64,000 nt of DNA from Verrucomicrobiota bacterium (GCA_013140495.1 JABFSR010000045.1:825-64824), one strand, 5' to 3'; shown: positions 52,881 to 63,171, numbered from the stretch's first letter. The notes: a model not told the origin generated them from the letters alone. Numbers and translations: made by a program.

Positions 52881-53459
52881 ATGACCGCGAACGCCCCAGT
52901 GCAATCGCCCGAATCACACGACCCACCTGGTGATCAGCAGCTCATTGCCGCCATAAATAACAGCGACGTGGCGGCGTTCGACGTGTTGTACCATCGTCAT
53001 CGCGACTGGGTGGTGAATCTGGCGCATCGTTTCACTGGAGACGAAAATCTTGCGCTTGATGTCATGCAGGAAACTTTCCTCTACCTTTTGAGAAAATTTC
53101 CCGGCTTCAAGCTTACGGCCAATCTAAAAACGTTCCTTTATCCAGCCGTGAAGAATCTCTCCATTGCAGCACGGCAGAAGGCAGGCCGCGTCCAATCCAC
53201 CGAGGGCGAGCAACAATTGCTCGAACAATTGGCATCCACCGAAATTCCGCTCGCCTTTTCCTCGGACCTGTCAGCAGCGCTGGCCAATTTGTCTCTGGAG
53301 CACCGTGAGGTCATTCTTCTGCGGTTTGTGGACGATCTTACGATGGCCGAAATCGCAACGGCCACAAATGTTCCCACTGGCACGGTGAAATCCAGGTTGC
53401 ACAATGCGCTCGCCGCGCTCCGGCAGGACAAACGTGCCCGGGATTTTTTTGAAAGTTAG
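52881..53459 (+). CDS. ECF-type sigma-70 family RNA polymerase sigma factor
   Basis: Region 2 FDVLYHRHRDWVVNLAHRFTGDENLALDVMQETFLYL. Region 4 LEHREVILLRFVDDLTMAEIATATNVPTGTVKSRLHNA. No adjacent anti-sigma gene. Confidence 0.85.
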   Translation: MTANAPVQSPESHDPPGDQQLIAAINNSDVAAFDVLYHRHRDWVVNLAHRFTGDENLALDVMQETFLYLLRKFPGFKLTANLKTFLYPAVKNLSIAARQKAGRVQSTEGEQQLLEQLASTEIPLAFSSDLSAALANLSLEHREVILLRFVDDLTMAEIATATNVPTGTVKSRLHNALAALRQDKRARDFFES

Positions 53460-53581
53460 CTTGTTGTCTGCGTCCAAGAGCACCTGTTTCCGCCAAGAAT
53501 TTTTATTTCCTTCAATGCGCGCAATTCATACCCTGCGCGTTGGCTTGGGAAACCCGGCCCTTGAAACTGAAATAGAACATT

Positions 53582-54544
53582 ATGCCACTGACACACACCA
53601 AAGACCTTTTTGCCAAGGCGCTCAAAGGAAAATATGCGCTCGGCGCATTCAACGTCAACAACATGGAGCTTATCCAGGCCATCGTCGAAGCCTGCGAAGA
53701 GGAAAAAGCACCCTTGATGCTGCAAATCTCCAAGGGCGCGCGGCAGTACGCCAACCCGGTCTATCTCAAGAAGCTCATCGAGGCTGCTGTCAGCCTGAGC
53801 AACATTCCCATCGCCATTCACCTCGACCACGGCGACACATTCGAGCTGTGCAAGGAGTGCATTGATGAAGGTTTCACAAGCGTGATGATTGACGCGAGTC
53901 ATGAGCCCTTCGATAAAAATGTTGAGATCACCAAAAAGGTTGTCGAATACGCCCACAAATACAATTGTTCGGTGGAATCCGAACTCGGCCATCTGGTCGG
54001 CGCTCAATTCGACGAAGGTGAAGAAGGCGGTGCGCATTCAATGAGCGGCCACTACACCGTGCCGGAAGAAGCCGTGAAGTTCGTAAAGGAATCCGGCTGC
54101 GATTCACTCGCGGTTGCCATCGGCAACAGCCATGGTGCCTACAAATTCAAGGGCGAACAGCATCTCGATCTCGAACGCCTCAAGCTCATCAAGAAGGCCT
54201 TGATGGACGCAGGAATGGGCGATTACCCACTCGTGTTGCACGGAGCCTCAAGCGTTCCGAAATACCTCGTTGACGAGGTCAATAAATACGGCGGCAAGAT
54301 GCCTGATGCCCAAGGCGTGCCCGAATCCGACATCGAAGTCGCTCGCCGCACGGGTTGCACGAAGGTGAACATTGATACCGACCTGCGCATCGCCATGACC
54401 GCCGCCATCCGCAAGGTGTTCGCAGAAAAGCCGGGCGAATTCGATCCACGCAAGTATCTCGGGCCCGCCCGCACTGCTGTGAAGGACCTTGTGCGTCACA
54501 AGGTGAAGAATGTCCTGTGCAGCGCCGGTCACGCTTTTGACTGA
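53582..54544 (+). CDS. fba: class II fructose-bisphosphate aldolase
   Basis: YALGAFNVNNMELIQAIVEACEEEKAPLMLQIS, IAIHLDHG, LAVAIGNSHGAYK, LVLHGASSVP. Confidence 0.95.
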   Translation: MPLTHTKDLFAKALKGKYALGAFNVNNMELIQAIVEACEEEKAPLMLQISKGARQYANPVYLKKLIEAAVSLSNIPIAIHLDHGDTFELCKECIDEGFTSVMIDASHEPFDKNVEITKKVVEYAHKYNCSVESELGHLVGAQFDEGEEGGAHSMSGHYTVPEEAVKFVKESGCDSLAVAIGNSHGAYKFKGEQHLDLERLKLIKKALMDAGMGDYPLVLHGASSVPKYLVDEVNKYGGKMPDAQGVPESDIEVARRTGCTKVNIDTDLRIAMTAAIRKVFAEKPGEFDPRKYLGPARTAVKDLVRHKVKNVLCSAGHAFD

Positions 54545-54561
54545 GCTCCGGGTAACTCTCC

Positions 54562-54597
54562 AAAGCCCCGTGCGGACAGCGCGGGGCTTTTTGTTTT
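54562..54597 (+). terminator. Rho-independent terminator after fba
   Basis: aaaGCCCCGtGCggacaGCgCGGGGCtttttgtttt. Confidence 0.7.
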
Positions 54598-54686
54598 GAT
54601 TCATTCAGGACTACTCGGGTTTGCTGTCGGCAAAGCTCGCCACTTTACTCGACAGATCCAACGGATTCTGAATCATTACTTCCGCA

Positions 54687-55700
54687 ATGATCAAAGTCAT
54701 AAGAACCGATCGAGAACTCGAGTGCCCGCGCATGGATGCCGGACTTCGTGCCCGTGGATTAAACCTCGTGACCCTGCCTGATGGAATCGCCAAGGAAATA
54801 CTCGTCAGGGAGGCGGCGGACGCAGAGCTGATCCTGATGTGTTACACGCCGATTACGGCTCGAGTCATTGATTCCGCCCCGCGCCTCCGCGGCATCATAA
54901 AATACGGCGTGGGCATTGACGCGATTGACATTGAGGCGGCGAAGCGACGGAAGATTCCAGTCGTCAACGTGCCCGAATACGCGGAGGAAACCGTGGCGGA
55001 AGGCGCGTTTGCCTTGATGATTACGTTGGCCAGGAAACTGGGACCTTTGCAGCGCGCGATGAAATCCGAGGGTTGGGTTTGGCCGCAACCAGAGTGGCTG
55101 GGAAACGATCTCGCCGGCAAAACCCTCGGACTGGTGGGTGTGGGACGGATCGGACGCAGCCTGGCCCGAATGGCAGGTCATGGTTTCCGGATGCGCGTAC
55201 TGGGTTTTGATCCGCATGTGGACAGGGACACAATGCAGCGTGCAGGGGTGGAGAAGTGCGATTCTTTGTCAGAACTCCTGACTGCGGCAGATTTCGTCTC
55301 CTTGCACTCGGTTCTCAACGCGGAAACCTGGCATCTCATTGGCAAAGCAGAGCTGGCAAAAATGAAACCCTCAGCATCGCTCATCAACGTTTCTCGTGGT
55401 GCGCTTGTGGACGAAGCTGCGCTCGTGGAAGTTCTGGTGCATGGCCAAATTGCGGGTGCGGGTTTGGATGTGTACAGCCAGGAACCCCTGCTCCTCTCCG
55501 GTCACCCTATGAGTGCGCTGTTCACGATGCCCAACGTCGTGCTAACCCCTCATCTCACGTTTTACACGCATGAGGCGATGGAACGTCTGGAGGAAGAAAC
55601 TCTGGCCAGGTGCGATGAACTTCTCAGCGGCCGTCCGCTCATGGTGAAGTCGCATGACCCACGACTGAGAAGCCAGTCACACGGTGTGGTTTTCGGGTGA
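54687..55700 (+). CDS. D-isomer-specific 2-hydroxyacid dehydrogenase family protein
   Basis: GKTLGLVGVGRIGRSLARMA NAD fold, INVSRGALVDEAAL, LDVYSQEP, TPHL. Confidence 0.85.
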   Translation: MIKVIRTDRELECPRMDAGLRARGLNLVTLPDGIAKEILVREAADAELILMCYTPITARVIDSAPRLRGIIKYGVGIDAIDIEAAKRRKIPVVNVPEYAEETVAEGAFALMITLARKLGPLQRAMKSEGWVWPQPEWLGNDLAGKTLGLVGVGRIGRSLARMAGHGFRMRVLGFDPHVDRDTMQRAGVEKCDSLSELLTAADFVSLHSVLNAETWHLIGKAELAKMKPSASLINVSRGALVDEAALVEVLVHGQIAGAGLDVYSQEPLLLSGHPMSALFTMPNVVLTPHLTFYTHEAMERLEEETLARCDELLSGRPLMVKSHDPRLRSQSHGVVFG

Positions 55701-55950
55701 TAGAAGCTTTCCAGAACGCGAGAGATAATTTTCGCAACTCGACGCTGCACTTCAGCACGCGATGAGCGGTCCCGTCGGAGGGAGAACGGGCCTTGGCTAC
55801 TCTCCACCTCTGCTTCGGGCGCAATCCTGACTCATCTGTTTGTGCCACGGCACACTGTTCTGTGTCATCGCTGCGCGCCCCGCGAATGTCGGAAACCTCC
55901 AGACCAGCGAAATGGCCTGAAAACAACTGCTTTTTAGTATTCTACTCCTC

Positions 55951-55966
55951 TGGCATCCCGACAGCT
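55951..55966 (+). promoter_or_regulatory. weak sigma-54-like -24/-12 match upstream of hsp20
   Basis: TGGCATcccgaCAGCT: the GG and GC are at consensus spacing but the TT of the -12 element is missing. It ends 47 nt before the ATG. Confidence 0.2.
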
Positions 55967-56013
55967 AAAGCGAATGTGTCGAACAAAACAAAACCAAAGC
56001 GAAAGGAACAATT

Positions 56014-56481
56014 ATGAAATTGATCGCTACAAGACAACCCGCCCTGGCCGCGTGGCCGGGCTTTGGAAGAATCACCTCTCTTCAGGAGGAACTGGATCGT
56101 CTGTTTGCTTCGCCTCTGGCCGAGCTTACCGGTGTTTCCAATGCTTGTGACGGCTGGTGTCCTGCATTGGAAGTTCACGAGGACAAGGACAAGTTCGTCA
56201 TCAAGACGGACCTGCCCGGGGTGACGAAGGAAAACATCAACGTCTCATTGAATGATGGCGATCTCGTCATTTCCGGTGAACGCAAGAGTGAGGCGAAAAC
56301 CGAAGAAGGGAAGGTGCTTCGTTCGGAGCGCTATTACGGCAGCTTCCAACGAGTGCTTACGCTGCCTGCGGGCGTTGACGCCACCAAGGTGAAGGCAGAT
56401 TACAAGGACGGCGTGCTGACCATCACACTGCCCAAAGCCGAGGAAGCAAAGCCACGGCAGATCAATGTGTCGGTGAACTAA
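56014..56481 (+). CDS. Hsp20/alpha-crystallin family small heat-shock protein
   Basis: PALEVHEDKDKFVIKTDLPGVTKENINVSLNDGDLVISGERK..RSERYYGSFQRVLTLP..ADYKDGVLTITLPK. Confidence 0.9.
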   Translation: MKLIATRQPALAAWPGFGRITSLQEELDRLFASPLAELTGVSNACDGWCPALEVHEDKDKFVIKTDLPGVTKENINVSLNDGDLVISGERKSEAKTEEGKVLRSERYYGSFQRVLTLPAGVDATKVKADYKDGVLTITLPKAEEAKPRQINVSVN

Positions 56482-56506
56482 AAGGAGGTTGGGGGGCGAA
56501 GAGCCA

Positions 56507-56545
56507 CTCCGGCGGGCCAGTAACCCGCCGGAGATTTTTCTGTTT
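56507..56545 (+). terminator. Rho-independent terminator after hsp20 (between convergent genes)
   Basis: CTCCGGCGGGccagtaaCCCGCCGGAGatttttctgtttt. Confidence 0.8.
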
Positions 56546-57330
56546 TACCGATACGATTCCCACTCGGGCTCGTTTTCAAAAATCCAGCGATAGTATTCCT
56601 TTTCCTTCAGCTTTCGCGACGCATCTTCATCCACAATTACAGTGCAACGCGGATGGAGTTGCAGGGCGCTCGCAGTGACCATGCTTGTAATCGGTCCTTC
56701 GACAGCCTGCGCGATGATGTCGGCCTTTGCAGCGCCGGTGGCTAGAAGCAGACAACGGCGCGCTTCAAGAATTGTTCCCACACCCATGGTGATAGCCCGG
56801 CGTGGCATTTTGGCTGGATCGTCGAACAATGGCGCATTCTGTTTGATCGTTGTAGGCGCAAGCGCCTTGACGCGCGTTCGCGAACGTAATGCTGACAGGG
56901 GTTCGTTGAATCCGATGTGCCCGGCCTTTCCGATGCCGAGCAGTTGCAGATCAATGCCGCCAGCTTCAAGAATCATGCCCTCATAACGCTGACATTCACC
57001 TTCCAGATCCGGTGACAGGCCGCTCGGCAGGTGGGTGTTCCGTAAATCTATGTTCACATGGCTGAACAGGTGTTCATACATGAACTGGTGATAGGAATTC
57101 TTGTCCGACGCCGCTAGGCCCACGTACTCGTCCAGGTTGAACGTCTGGCATTGTGAAAAATCCAGTTTCGATTCACGGTGCTCTTTGACGAGAAGGGCGT
57201 AAACAGACTCCATTGTGCCGCCGGTCGCCAGACCAAGCACAAGCCGTGGGTTTATGCGTAATTCATTCGCTACAATCCGCGCCACCAACTGTGATGCTGA
57301 TTGCCGGTCCGGTCTGATGATCAATTCCAC
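56545..57330 (-). CDS. nagB: glucosamine-6-phosphate deaminase
   Basis: LGLATGGTMESVY, NLDEYVGL, LLGIGKAGHIGFNEP. GTG at 57330 (VELIIRPDR..) is preferred over the track ATG at 57423. The start is uncertain. Confidence 0.85.
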   Translation of the reverse strand: MELIIRPDRQSASQLVARIVANELRINPRLVLGLATGGTMESVYALLVKEHRESKLDFSQCQTFNLDEYVGLAASDKNSYHQFMYEHLFSHVNIDLRNTHLPSGLSPDLEGECQRYEGMILEAGGIDLQLLGIGKAGHIGFNEPLSALRSRTRVKALAPTTIKQNAPLFDDPAKMPRRAITMGVGTILEARRCLLLATGAAKADIIAQAVEGPITSMVTASALQLHPRCTVIVDEDASRKLKEKEYYRWIFENEPEWESYR

Positions 57331-57506
57331 GCCGAGCGTTGTATCCAACCAGCGGCCAAATGAAAACGAAAATGAATGATCTGGCGGGAAGCACATGATC
57401 TGTTCGTTGAACGTATCCAACACTTTTCATTCGCCCCGGGTAGGGTTCTTTGCTAATCTCACCGCAACCAAATGCCCGCTCCCGTGTTCACAAGTCTTGC
57501 AAGGAA

Positions 57507-58463
57507 ATGGAAATGACAACCGTATCCCGGACGAAAGCCCGCGAGGTTTTTCAAAACATCACCGCCAACATCGCCCGCGTCATGCAGGGCCAGAACGAAG
57601 CCACCCGCAAACTGCTCGCCGCTCTCGCCAGCGGCGGCCACGTTTTGCTCGAGGATTATCCCGGCACCGGCAAGACCACGCTGGCCAAGGTGCTGGCTCG
57701 TTCGATTGACGCCCGATTCAAGCGCGTACAGTTCACGCCCGACCTGCTTCCGTCGGATATTCTGGGTGTTGCCATCTTCAATCAGCGCGAACAGGAGTTC
57801 CAATTTCATGAAGGACCGGTGTTCACCAACATCCTGCTGGCCGACGAAATCAACCGCGCCTCGCCTCGCACCCAATCGGCGCTGCTTGAAGCCATGGGCG
57901 AAGGACAGGTGAGCGTGGACGGCGAGCGCCGCAATCTTGCCGACTTGTTTTTCGTCATTGCCACACAAAACCCCGTCGAGTTTCGGGGCACGTATCCGTT
58001 GCCGGAGGCGCAGATGGATCGGTTTGCGATGCAATTCACGCTTGGCTATGTACAACCTGCGGAAGAAGTCGCCATTCTCACTGCGCAGTCAAACAATCAT
58101 CCCCTTGATGAATTGAAACCCTGCGCCACGCTTGCCGACGTGCTCGAACTGAAGCATGCCGCCCAAAACATCCGGGTCAGCGATGAACTCAAGCGTTACA
58201 CCGTAGATCTCGTGGCGGCAACGCGCAAAGCCGCAGGCGTCCAACTCGGCGCCAGTCCGCGCGCTTCCATCGCGTTGATGAAGGCTGCGCAGGCCCTCGC
58301 GTTGTTCGACGGGCAGGAATTCGTTTCGCCGGAACAAATTCAGGAACTCGCCGTGTCCGTCATGGCCCATCGCATTGTTATGGAGCCGCAGGCGCGGTTC
58401 TCCGGCCAATCCGCGCGCGGTGTCGTGGAGGACGTATTGAAGAAAACCAAAGTGCCGGCGTGA
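57507..58463 (+). CDS. MoxR-family AAA+ ATPase
   Basis: GHVLLEDYPGTGKTTLAKVLA, ILLADEINRASPRTQSALLEAM, FFVIATQNP. Internal ATG chosen. Confidence 0.9.
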   Translation: MEMTTVSRTKAREVFQNITANIARVMQGQNEATRKLLAALASGGHVLLEDYPGTGKTTLAKVLARSIDARFKRVQFTPDLLPSDILGVAIFNQREQEFQFHEGPVFTNILLADEINRASPRTQSALLEAMGEGQVSVDGERRNLADLFFVIATQNPVEFRGTYPLPEAQMDRFAMQFTLGYVQPAEEVAILTAQSNNHPLDELKPCATLADVLELKHAAQNIRVSDELKRYTVDLVAATRKAAGVQLGASPRASIALMKAAQALALFDGQEFVSPEQIQELAVSVMAHRIVMEPQARFSGQSARGVVEDVLKKTKVPA

Positions 58464-58483
58464 CAATGGCGCAGCTTCTCACT

Positions 58484-58500
58484 CTTAAGATTAGGAAGGG
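58484..58500. repeat. copy of the TTAAGATTAGGAAG word (moxR/DUF58 junction)
   Basis: cttaagattaggaaggg. The same 14-mer occurs at 59967-59980. Confidence 0.6.
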
Positions 58501-58530
58501 AAGTGCGCCGTAGATCGTCGCCTTGAAATC

Positions 58531-59868
58531 GTGATGCTTCGCGTCATTTACCGTTTGTATCGGTGGTCATCCGGTTTGCGTTACTGGGCGGTGAGGCGCT
58601 TTACACCGGTTGGATTGGGGCTTCTGGTGGCAATCACGGTGACAATGCTGATGGGCTTCAACATCGAGGAATCAGTCTCCTACCAGGCGTTCATGCTGTT
58701 GCTTGGCTTGCTGGCTGTTGCCATCGCATTCAGTTGGTTCTTCCACATGCAATTCACGATTGAACGCTGTTTGCCGCGCTTCGGCACTGTCGGAGTCGCT
58801 CTGCGCTATTTTGTCGCCGTCCGGAATCTTGGCAAACAAACCCAGTCAGGTCTTGCACTGCTCGAAAACCTCGCCGACGCACGACCGTCATTCGCTGAAT
58901 GGAAAGACGTCCAGCTCGATGATCAAAAACACATCCGCCCGTTCAGTTTCGTGAAGCGGCGGGCAAATCCTTTCAAGCTCGCAATCACCAAAGCCGCCAC
59001 TGCACCGCCGCTGCCGTCGAAACAGGAGGTCACTGTCTCAGCCGAACTCACGCCGTTGCGCCGCGGTGTTTTGCGATTTGACGGCGTCACTCTGGCCCGA
59101 CCGGACCCATTGGGATTGTTTCGCTCATTCGTCAGAACGCCCGCACCGCAATCCGTGCTCATCCTTCCGAAGCGCTATTACCTGCCTCCCATCGCGATGC
59201 CCGGCTCGATGAAATATCAGCAAGGTGGCGTCGCGCTTGCCTCAAACATCGGCCAGAGCGACGAGTTTGTTTCGCTGCGTGAGTATCGGCGCGGTGATCC
59301 GATGCGACACATCCACTGGCGTAGTTGGGCCAAGACTGGAAAGCCAATCGTCAAGGAGTTCGAAGATGAGTTTTTTGTGAGGCATGCGCTCGTGCTCGAT
59401 ACGTTCACCGACAGGCCGCACACAGAGCAGTTTGAGGAAGCCGTGAGCGTGGCGTCGTCGTTCGCCTGTACAATACTTACGCAGGAATCATTGCTGGACC
59501 TGCTGTTCGTGGGCGCCCAGGCGTATTGTTTCACTGCGGGACGCGGTCTGGCACACGCGGATCAGATGCTCGAAATCCTCGCATCCGTCCGTCCGTCTTC
59601 CGACAAACCTTTCGCCTCTCTCGAAACGCTCGTTCTGAATCATTCCTCAACTGTGAACGGTGTGATCTGTGTGCTGCTTGCCTGGGATGAAGCCCGACAG
59701 CAGCTCGTGGCCAAACTCAAGTCGCTCGGCCTGCCGCTGCTCGTGTTCGTGATCCGCGACGCTGGCGAAAAAAATCCACTGGACCACGGCCCGATGCGGG
59801 ATGATCCGGAGCACTTGCACTCGCTCGAAATCGGGCGGATAGAAGAACAACTGGCGAGGCTGGTATGA
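58531..59868 (+). CDS. DUF58 domain protein (MoxR partner)
   Basis: Two N-terminal TM spans. DEFVSLREYRRGDPMRHIHWRSWAKTGKPIVKEFEDE. Confidence 0.8.
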   Translation: MMLRVIYRLYRWSSGLRYWAVRRFTPVGLGLLVAITVTMLMGFNIEESVSYQAFMLLLGLLAVAIAFSWFFHMQFTIERCLPRFGTVGVALRYFVAVRNLGKQTQSGLALLENLADARPSFAEWKDVQLDDQKHIRPFSFVKRRANPFKLAITKAATAPPLPSKQEVTVSAELTPLRRGVLRFDGVTLARPDPLGLFRSFVRTPAPQSVLILPKRYYLPPIAMPGSMKYQQGGVALASNIGQSDEFVSLREYRRGDPMRHIHWRSWAKTGKPIVKEFEDEFFVRHALVLDTFTDRPHTEQFEEAVSVASSFACTILTQESLLDLLFVGAQAYCFTAGRGLAHADQMLEILASVRPSSDKPFASLETLVLNHSSTVNGVICVLLAWDEARQQLVAKLKSLGLPLLVFVIRDAGEKNPLDHGPMRDDPEHLHSLEIGRIEEQLARLV

Positions 59869-59995
59869 GTTTCAAGTTCCAAGTTTCAAGTTCCAAGTTG
59901 GGCGGCGTGTTCAGATTCTTAATCTTACTCCTGATCTTAATCTCCCTTCGCCACAGTCGGAAGGGATTAAGATTAGGAAGAAGATTTAGATTAAG
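59868..59995. repeat. composite short-period repeat: tandem (AGTTTCA AGTTCCA)x2.3 followed by an imperfect ~35-bp-arm hairpin built from CTTAATCT-like words
   Basis: gagtttcaagttccaagtttcaagttccaagtt, then ttcttaatcttactcctgatcttaatctcccttc..gaagggattaagattaggaagaagatttagattaag. Confidence 0.8.
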
Positions 59996-60031
59996 GCCGA
60001 TTCCGCTCTTGGCTCTCAACCCGTTCCTTGG

Positions 60032-62137
60032 ATGAAACCGCCGCCATTCCTTCTCGCCGCCGCGCTGCTCTTCTGGGGCTGGCAATCGGGCTTGCTCATC
60101 GTGGGCGCGATCCTGGCGGTGGTGATCGAAAGCCCGCGCTTCGTCAGAGCACGTTGGGATTTCTCTGACGAAGACTTTGGGCGCATCTGGACGCTGTGTT
60201 CGTTGTTAACGCTGGGGGCAATTTTGTTCGCATTTGTGGACAATCAGGGGCCGGCGAATTTCGCAGGATTCTTTCAGGAGCCGAACATCCAGACGCAGCG
60301 CGGCGCTGGTTCGTCGAGCGCACGCACCGCCTTCGCCATGTTCCGTTGGCTGCCGATAATCTATTTCCCATTCATACTTGCGCAGTTTTTCAGCACGCGA
60401 GAGGCAGTTCCTTGGAAAACAATAAATTTCGTTCTAAGGCGCCGACTGCGAAAAGCAAAACTGGCTGGCAAACCACCGCCACCTGTCACAACGGTGAATC
60501 TCACATTGCCTTACTTTGCGCTGACGTTGCTGGGCGCGGCGGCGCATCCGCCGGAAGGCATTACATTTTTCTGGGGACTCAGCGTTTTGCTCGCCGGGGC
60601 GTTGTGGTCGCAGCGATCGGTGCGGTTCAAGCCTGCCGCGTGGGTGTTGGCGGTCATCGTGGGTGTTGCGCTTGGATTTCTCGGACAGACCGGTGTGCGT
60701 CAGGCCATGCGTCTGGCTGAATCCATGAACCTCTCCTGGCTGTCATTCCTTGTGCGCCGCCGTTTTGATGCCGAGCAAAGTCGCACCGCGCTTGGAAAGA
60801 TTGGCGACATCAAAACATCCGGCCAGATTGTCATCCGCCTCGAACCGCTGAACGGTAACGCACCGCCAACGTATCTCCGCGAGGCGAGCTATCGCACCTA
60901 CAAGGGGGTGACATGGCTTGCTGAAATCAATGAAGAAGGATTCGTCTCGGTCGGCGAACGTGGCGCGAATACTTTGATATGGCCTTTGCCGCCGCTGGAC
61001 CAGGAAACCAACACTCACTCCGCAAACATCGCGTGTTACCTCGACGGCGGTAAGGCGCTGCTCCCGCTGCCGACCGGTTCCGCGCGTCTTGAGAAGTTGA
61101 ACATCATCGAACTGAAGAAGAGTCCGCTCGGCGCTGTGCTCGCTCGCGGCCCCGGACTGGCCATCTTCGACGCTCATTTCACTGACGGCAAAACGATTGA
61201 TTCGCCACCCGAACCGGCGGACAGGACGAACATTCCACCGCGCGAAGTTGCCGGGCTTGATACCGCGCTTGCCGAATTACGACTCGAAGGCAACAGCGAT
61301 GACGAGAAGCTGCACAATGTGGCAGGATTCTTTTCGGACAAGTTCAGTTACAGCACGTGGCAGTCTCCGTCGAAATCGTCAGATACGAACGAAACCGCCC
61401 TCAGCCGCTTTCTCACCAAAACCCGAAAGGGTCACTGCGAATATTTTGCCACGGCCACTGTGTTGATGCTGCGCAGGCTGAACATTCCCGCGCGTTATGC
61501 GGTCGGGTTTTACGTGCATGAATCCAGCGGTGGCGGCTATGTGGTGCGCATGAGCGACGCGCACGCGTGGACATTGGTGTGGGATGAGCAAGCGCAGACA
61601 TGGCGTGACTTCGACACCACGCCTCCCTCGTGGATACAAATCGAGTCCAAGCCAACAATTCTGCGTTGGCTGAGCGATGTGAAATCGAGAGTCTTCTTCG
61701 AGATCCGGAAGTTAATAACCGGACAAACCAAGCTGCGCCAATACCTGCTCTGGGCCATTGTTCCGGGTCTTGCCATCCTGACCTACCAGATCGTCTTTCG
61801 GCGGCGAAAGAAACAACGGGGTGCAATTGCAGGCGGGTTGAATGAATTCACGGACTGGCCGGGGCTGGACTCGGAGTTTTATTTGCTGGAAAAACGACTC
61901 GCAGAGCGCGGTGTCCCACGCGAACCGGGTGAGCCGTTATCCGCATGGCTGGAACGCGTGGCATGTGATTCCACGTTGGAGGATGTACGCGAGCCTTTGG
62001 AGGTACTGCTGCAATTGCACTATCGGCATCGCTTCGATCCGCAAGGACTGGTTGCTGAGGAACGGGAAGCTCTCCGGCGCAATACGACGATGTGCCTGGA
62101 AAGAATTGGGCGGGTGGAAACTCAGGCGGCAAGGTGA
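60032..62137 (+). CDS. transglutaminase-domain membrane protein (DUF3488-TGase type)
   Basis: Multiple N-terminal TM spans. Core GHCEYFATATVLMLRRLNIPARYAVGFYV..DAHAWTLVWD..WRDFDTTP. Confidence 0.85.
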   Translation: MKPPPFLLAAALLFWGWQSGLLIVGAILAVVIESPRFVRARWDFSDEDFGRIWTLCSLLTLGAILFAFVDNQGPANFAGFFQEPNIQTQRGAGSSSARTAFAMFRWLPIIYFPFILAQFFSTREAVPWKTINFVLRRRLRKAKLAGKPPPPVTTVNLTLPYFALTLLGAAAHPPEGITFFWGLSVLLAGALWSQRSVRFKPAAWVLAVIVGVALGFLGQTGVRQAMRLAESMNLSWLSFLVRRRFDAEQSRTALGKIGDIKTSGQIVIRLEPLNGNAPPTYLREASYRTYKGVTWLAEINEEGFVSVGERGANTLIWPLPPLDQETNTHSANIACYLDGGKALLPLPTGSARLEKLNIIELKKSPLGAVLARGPGLAIFDAHFTDGKTIDSPPEPADRTNIPPREVAGLDTALAELRLEGNSDDEKLHNVAGFFSDKFSYSTWQSPSKSSDTNETALSRFLTKTRKGHCEYFATATVLMLRRLNIPARYAVGFYVHESSGGGYVVRMSDAHAWTLVWDEQAQTWRDFDTTPPSWIQIESKPTILRWLSDVKSRVFFEIRKLITGQTKLRQYLLWAIVPGLAILTYQIVFRRRKKQRGAIAGGLNEFTDWPGLDSEFYLLEKRLAERGVPREPGEPLSAWLERVACDSTLEDVREPLEVLLQLHYRHRFDPQGLVAEEREALRRNTTMCLERIGRVETQAAR

Positions 62138-62218
62138 ACAAGGCGGAGCGTGGACCGCCGAGTCCGCGATTGCCTCACCGCAGAAATGGTTCGCGGGGAC
62201 AAGGCTGTCCGCGCTCCA

Positions 62219-62256
62219 AAAAAAGGGCGCGGAGATTTTGCGCCCTCCGCGCCTGT
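62219..62256 (-). terminator. Rho-independent terminator after yceI
   Basis: Minus strand reads GGCGCGGAGggcgcaaaatCTCCGCGCCctttttttgg. Confidence 0.7.
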
Positions 62257-62273
62257 GAAATTCCGCCCTGGGA

Positions 62274-62888
62274 TTACTTCTGCGGCGATGCGCCGGCGAT
62301 GCTCAGGGTGAGTTCAATTTCATTGGAGACCTTTTCCGCCGGAGCACCTGGGTTGATGCCGTAGTCGGTGCGTTTGATGATGAAGGTGGCGCGAATGACA
62401 AGCAGATCACCTTCCATCTTCGGCACGCGCTGGCCAAGTTTGCCTTTCAAGTAGGTGAGAGTCACCGGTGCAGTCACTTCCTTTGTGACACCTTTGATGG
62501 TCAGTGTTCCGGTCACATTGGCGGAAGTTTTGTCACCGACGGTTTTTACGTCCTTAAGTTCCCTGGCTTCGAAAATGATTTCCTTGTTGTTCGCCACATC
62601 CAGCCACTGTCCGCCGTGCATGTGTTCCTTCATCATCGGATTGGGCACAGTCAACGACTCAGCTGCGACCACGATCTTGCCCTTGGTCGCGGCGGGATTG
62701 GCGGGATCGAATGCAACCGTGCCGCTGACGCCGTTGGCGCTGCCATTGATGGCTTCGAGCGGCGCATCGAGTTTGAACACGGCGTTATTTACACCCTTCG
62801 GGTCTTTGAAGTCGAAGGACTGCGGCGCGGCGGAAGCCACGCCCGCGAATGCGGTGAGCAAGAGTGAGGCTATGAGTTTGATTTTCAT
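62274..62888 (-). CDS. YceI family periplasmic polyisoprenoid-binding protein
   Basis: Signal MKIKLIASLLLTAFAGVASA. FKLDAPLEAINGSANGVSGTVAFDP, TLTIKGVTKEVTAPV. Confidence 0.9.
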   Translation of the reverse strand: MKIKLIASLLLTAFAGVASAAPQSFDFKDPKGVNNAVFKLDAPLEAINGSANGVSGTVAFDPANPAATKGKIVVAAESLTVPNPMMKEHMHGGQWLDVANNKEIIFEARELKDVKTVGDKTSANVTGTLTIKGVTKEVTAPVTLTYLKGKLGQRVPKMEGDLLVIRATFIIKRTDYGINPGAPAEKVSNEIELTLSIAGASPQK

Positions 62889-62889
62889 T

Positions 62890-63171
62890 TTACAGTTTAT
62901 TGGTTTGTTGTTGATGTTGTGGATTAGATTTTGACCGGAACAAAAACGAAACGCCAGCGAGGACTCCAGCGCCGATCAGTCCCGCGCCCAGAAAATCCAC
63001 GCCAGGCCAGAACCCCTTCTGGTAAGTGATGCCCTCGATGCCGGTCACTTCGTCGAGCGTCTTCACTTCGATCTGCGTCTTGGTCCAGCCGCGATGAGCG
63101 CCGGTGGTGAGCCAGGCGGCCAGCGCCACGACAACCACGGCACCGGCCAGTATTTGGATGCCACGTTTCAT
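62890..63171 (-). CDS. hypothetical two-TM membrane protein
   Basis: ILAGAVVVVALAAWLTTGA and FLGAGLIGAGVLAGVSFLF. The stop abuts the yceI start. Confidence 0.5.
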   Translation of the reverse strand: MKRGIQILAGAVVVVALAAWLTTGAHRGWTKTQIEVKTLDEVTGIEGITYQKGFWPGVDFLGAGLIGAGVLAGVSFLFRSKSNPQHQQQTNKL

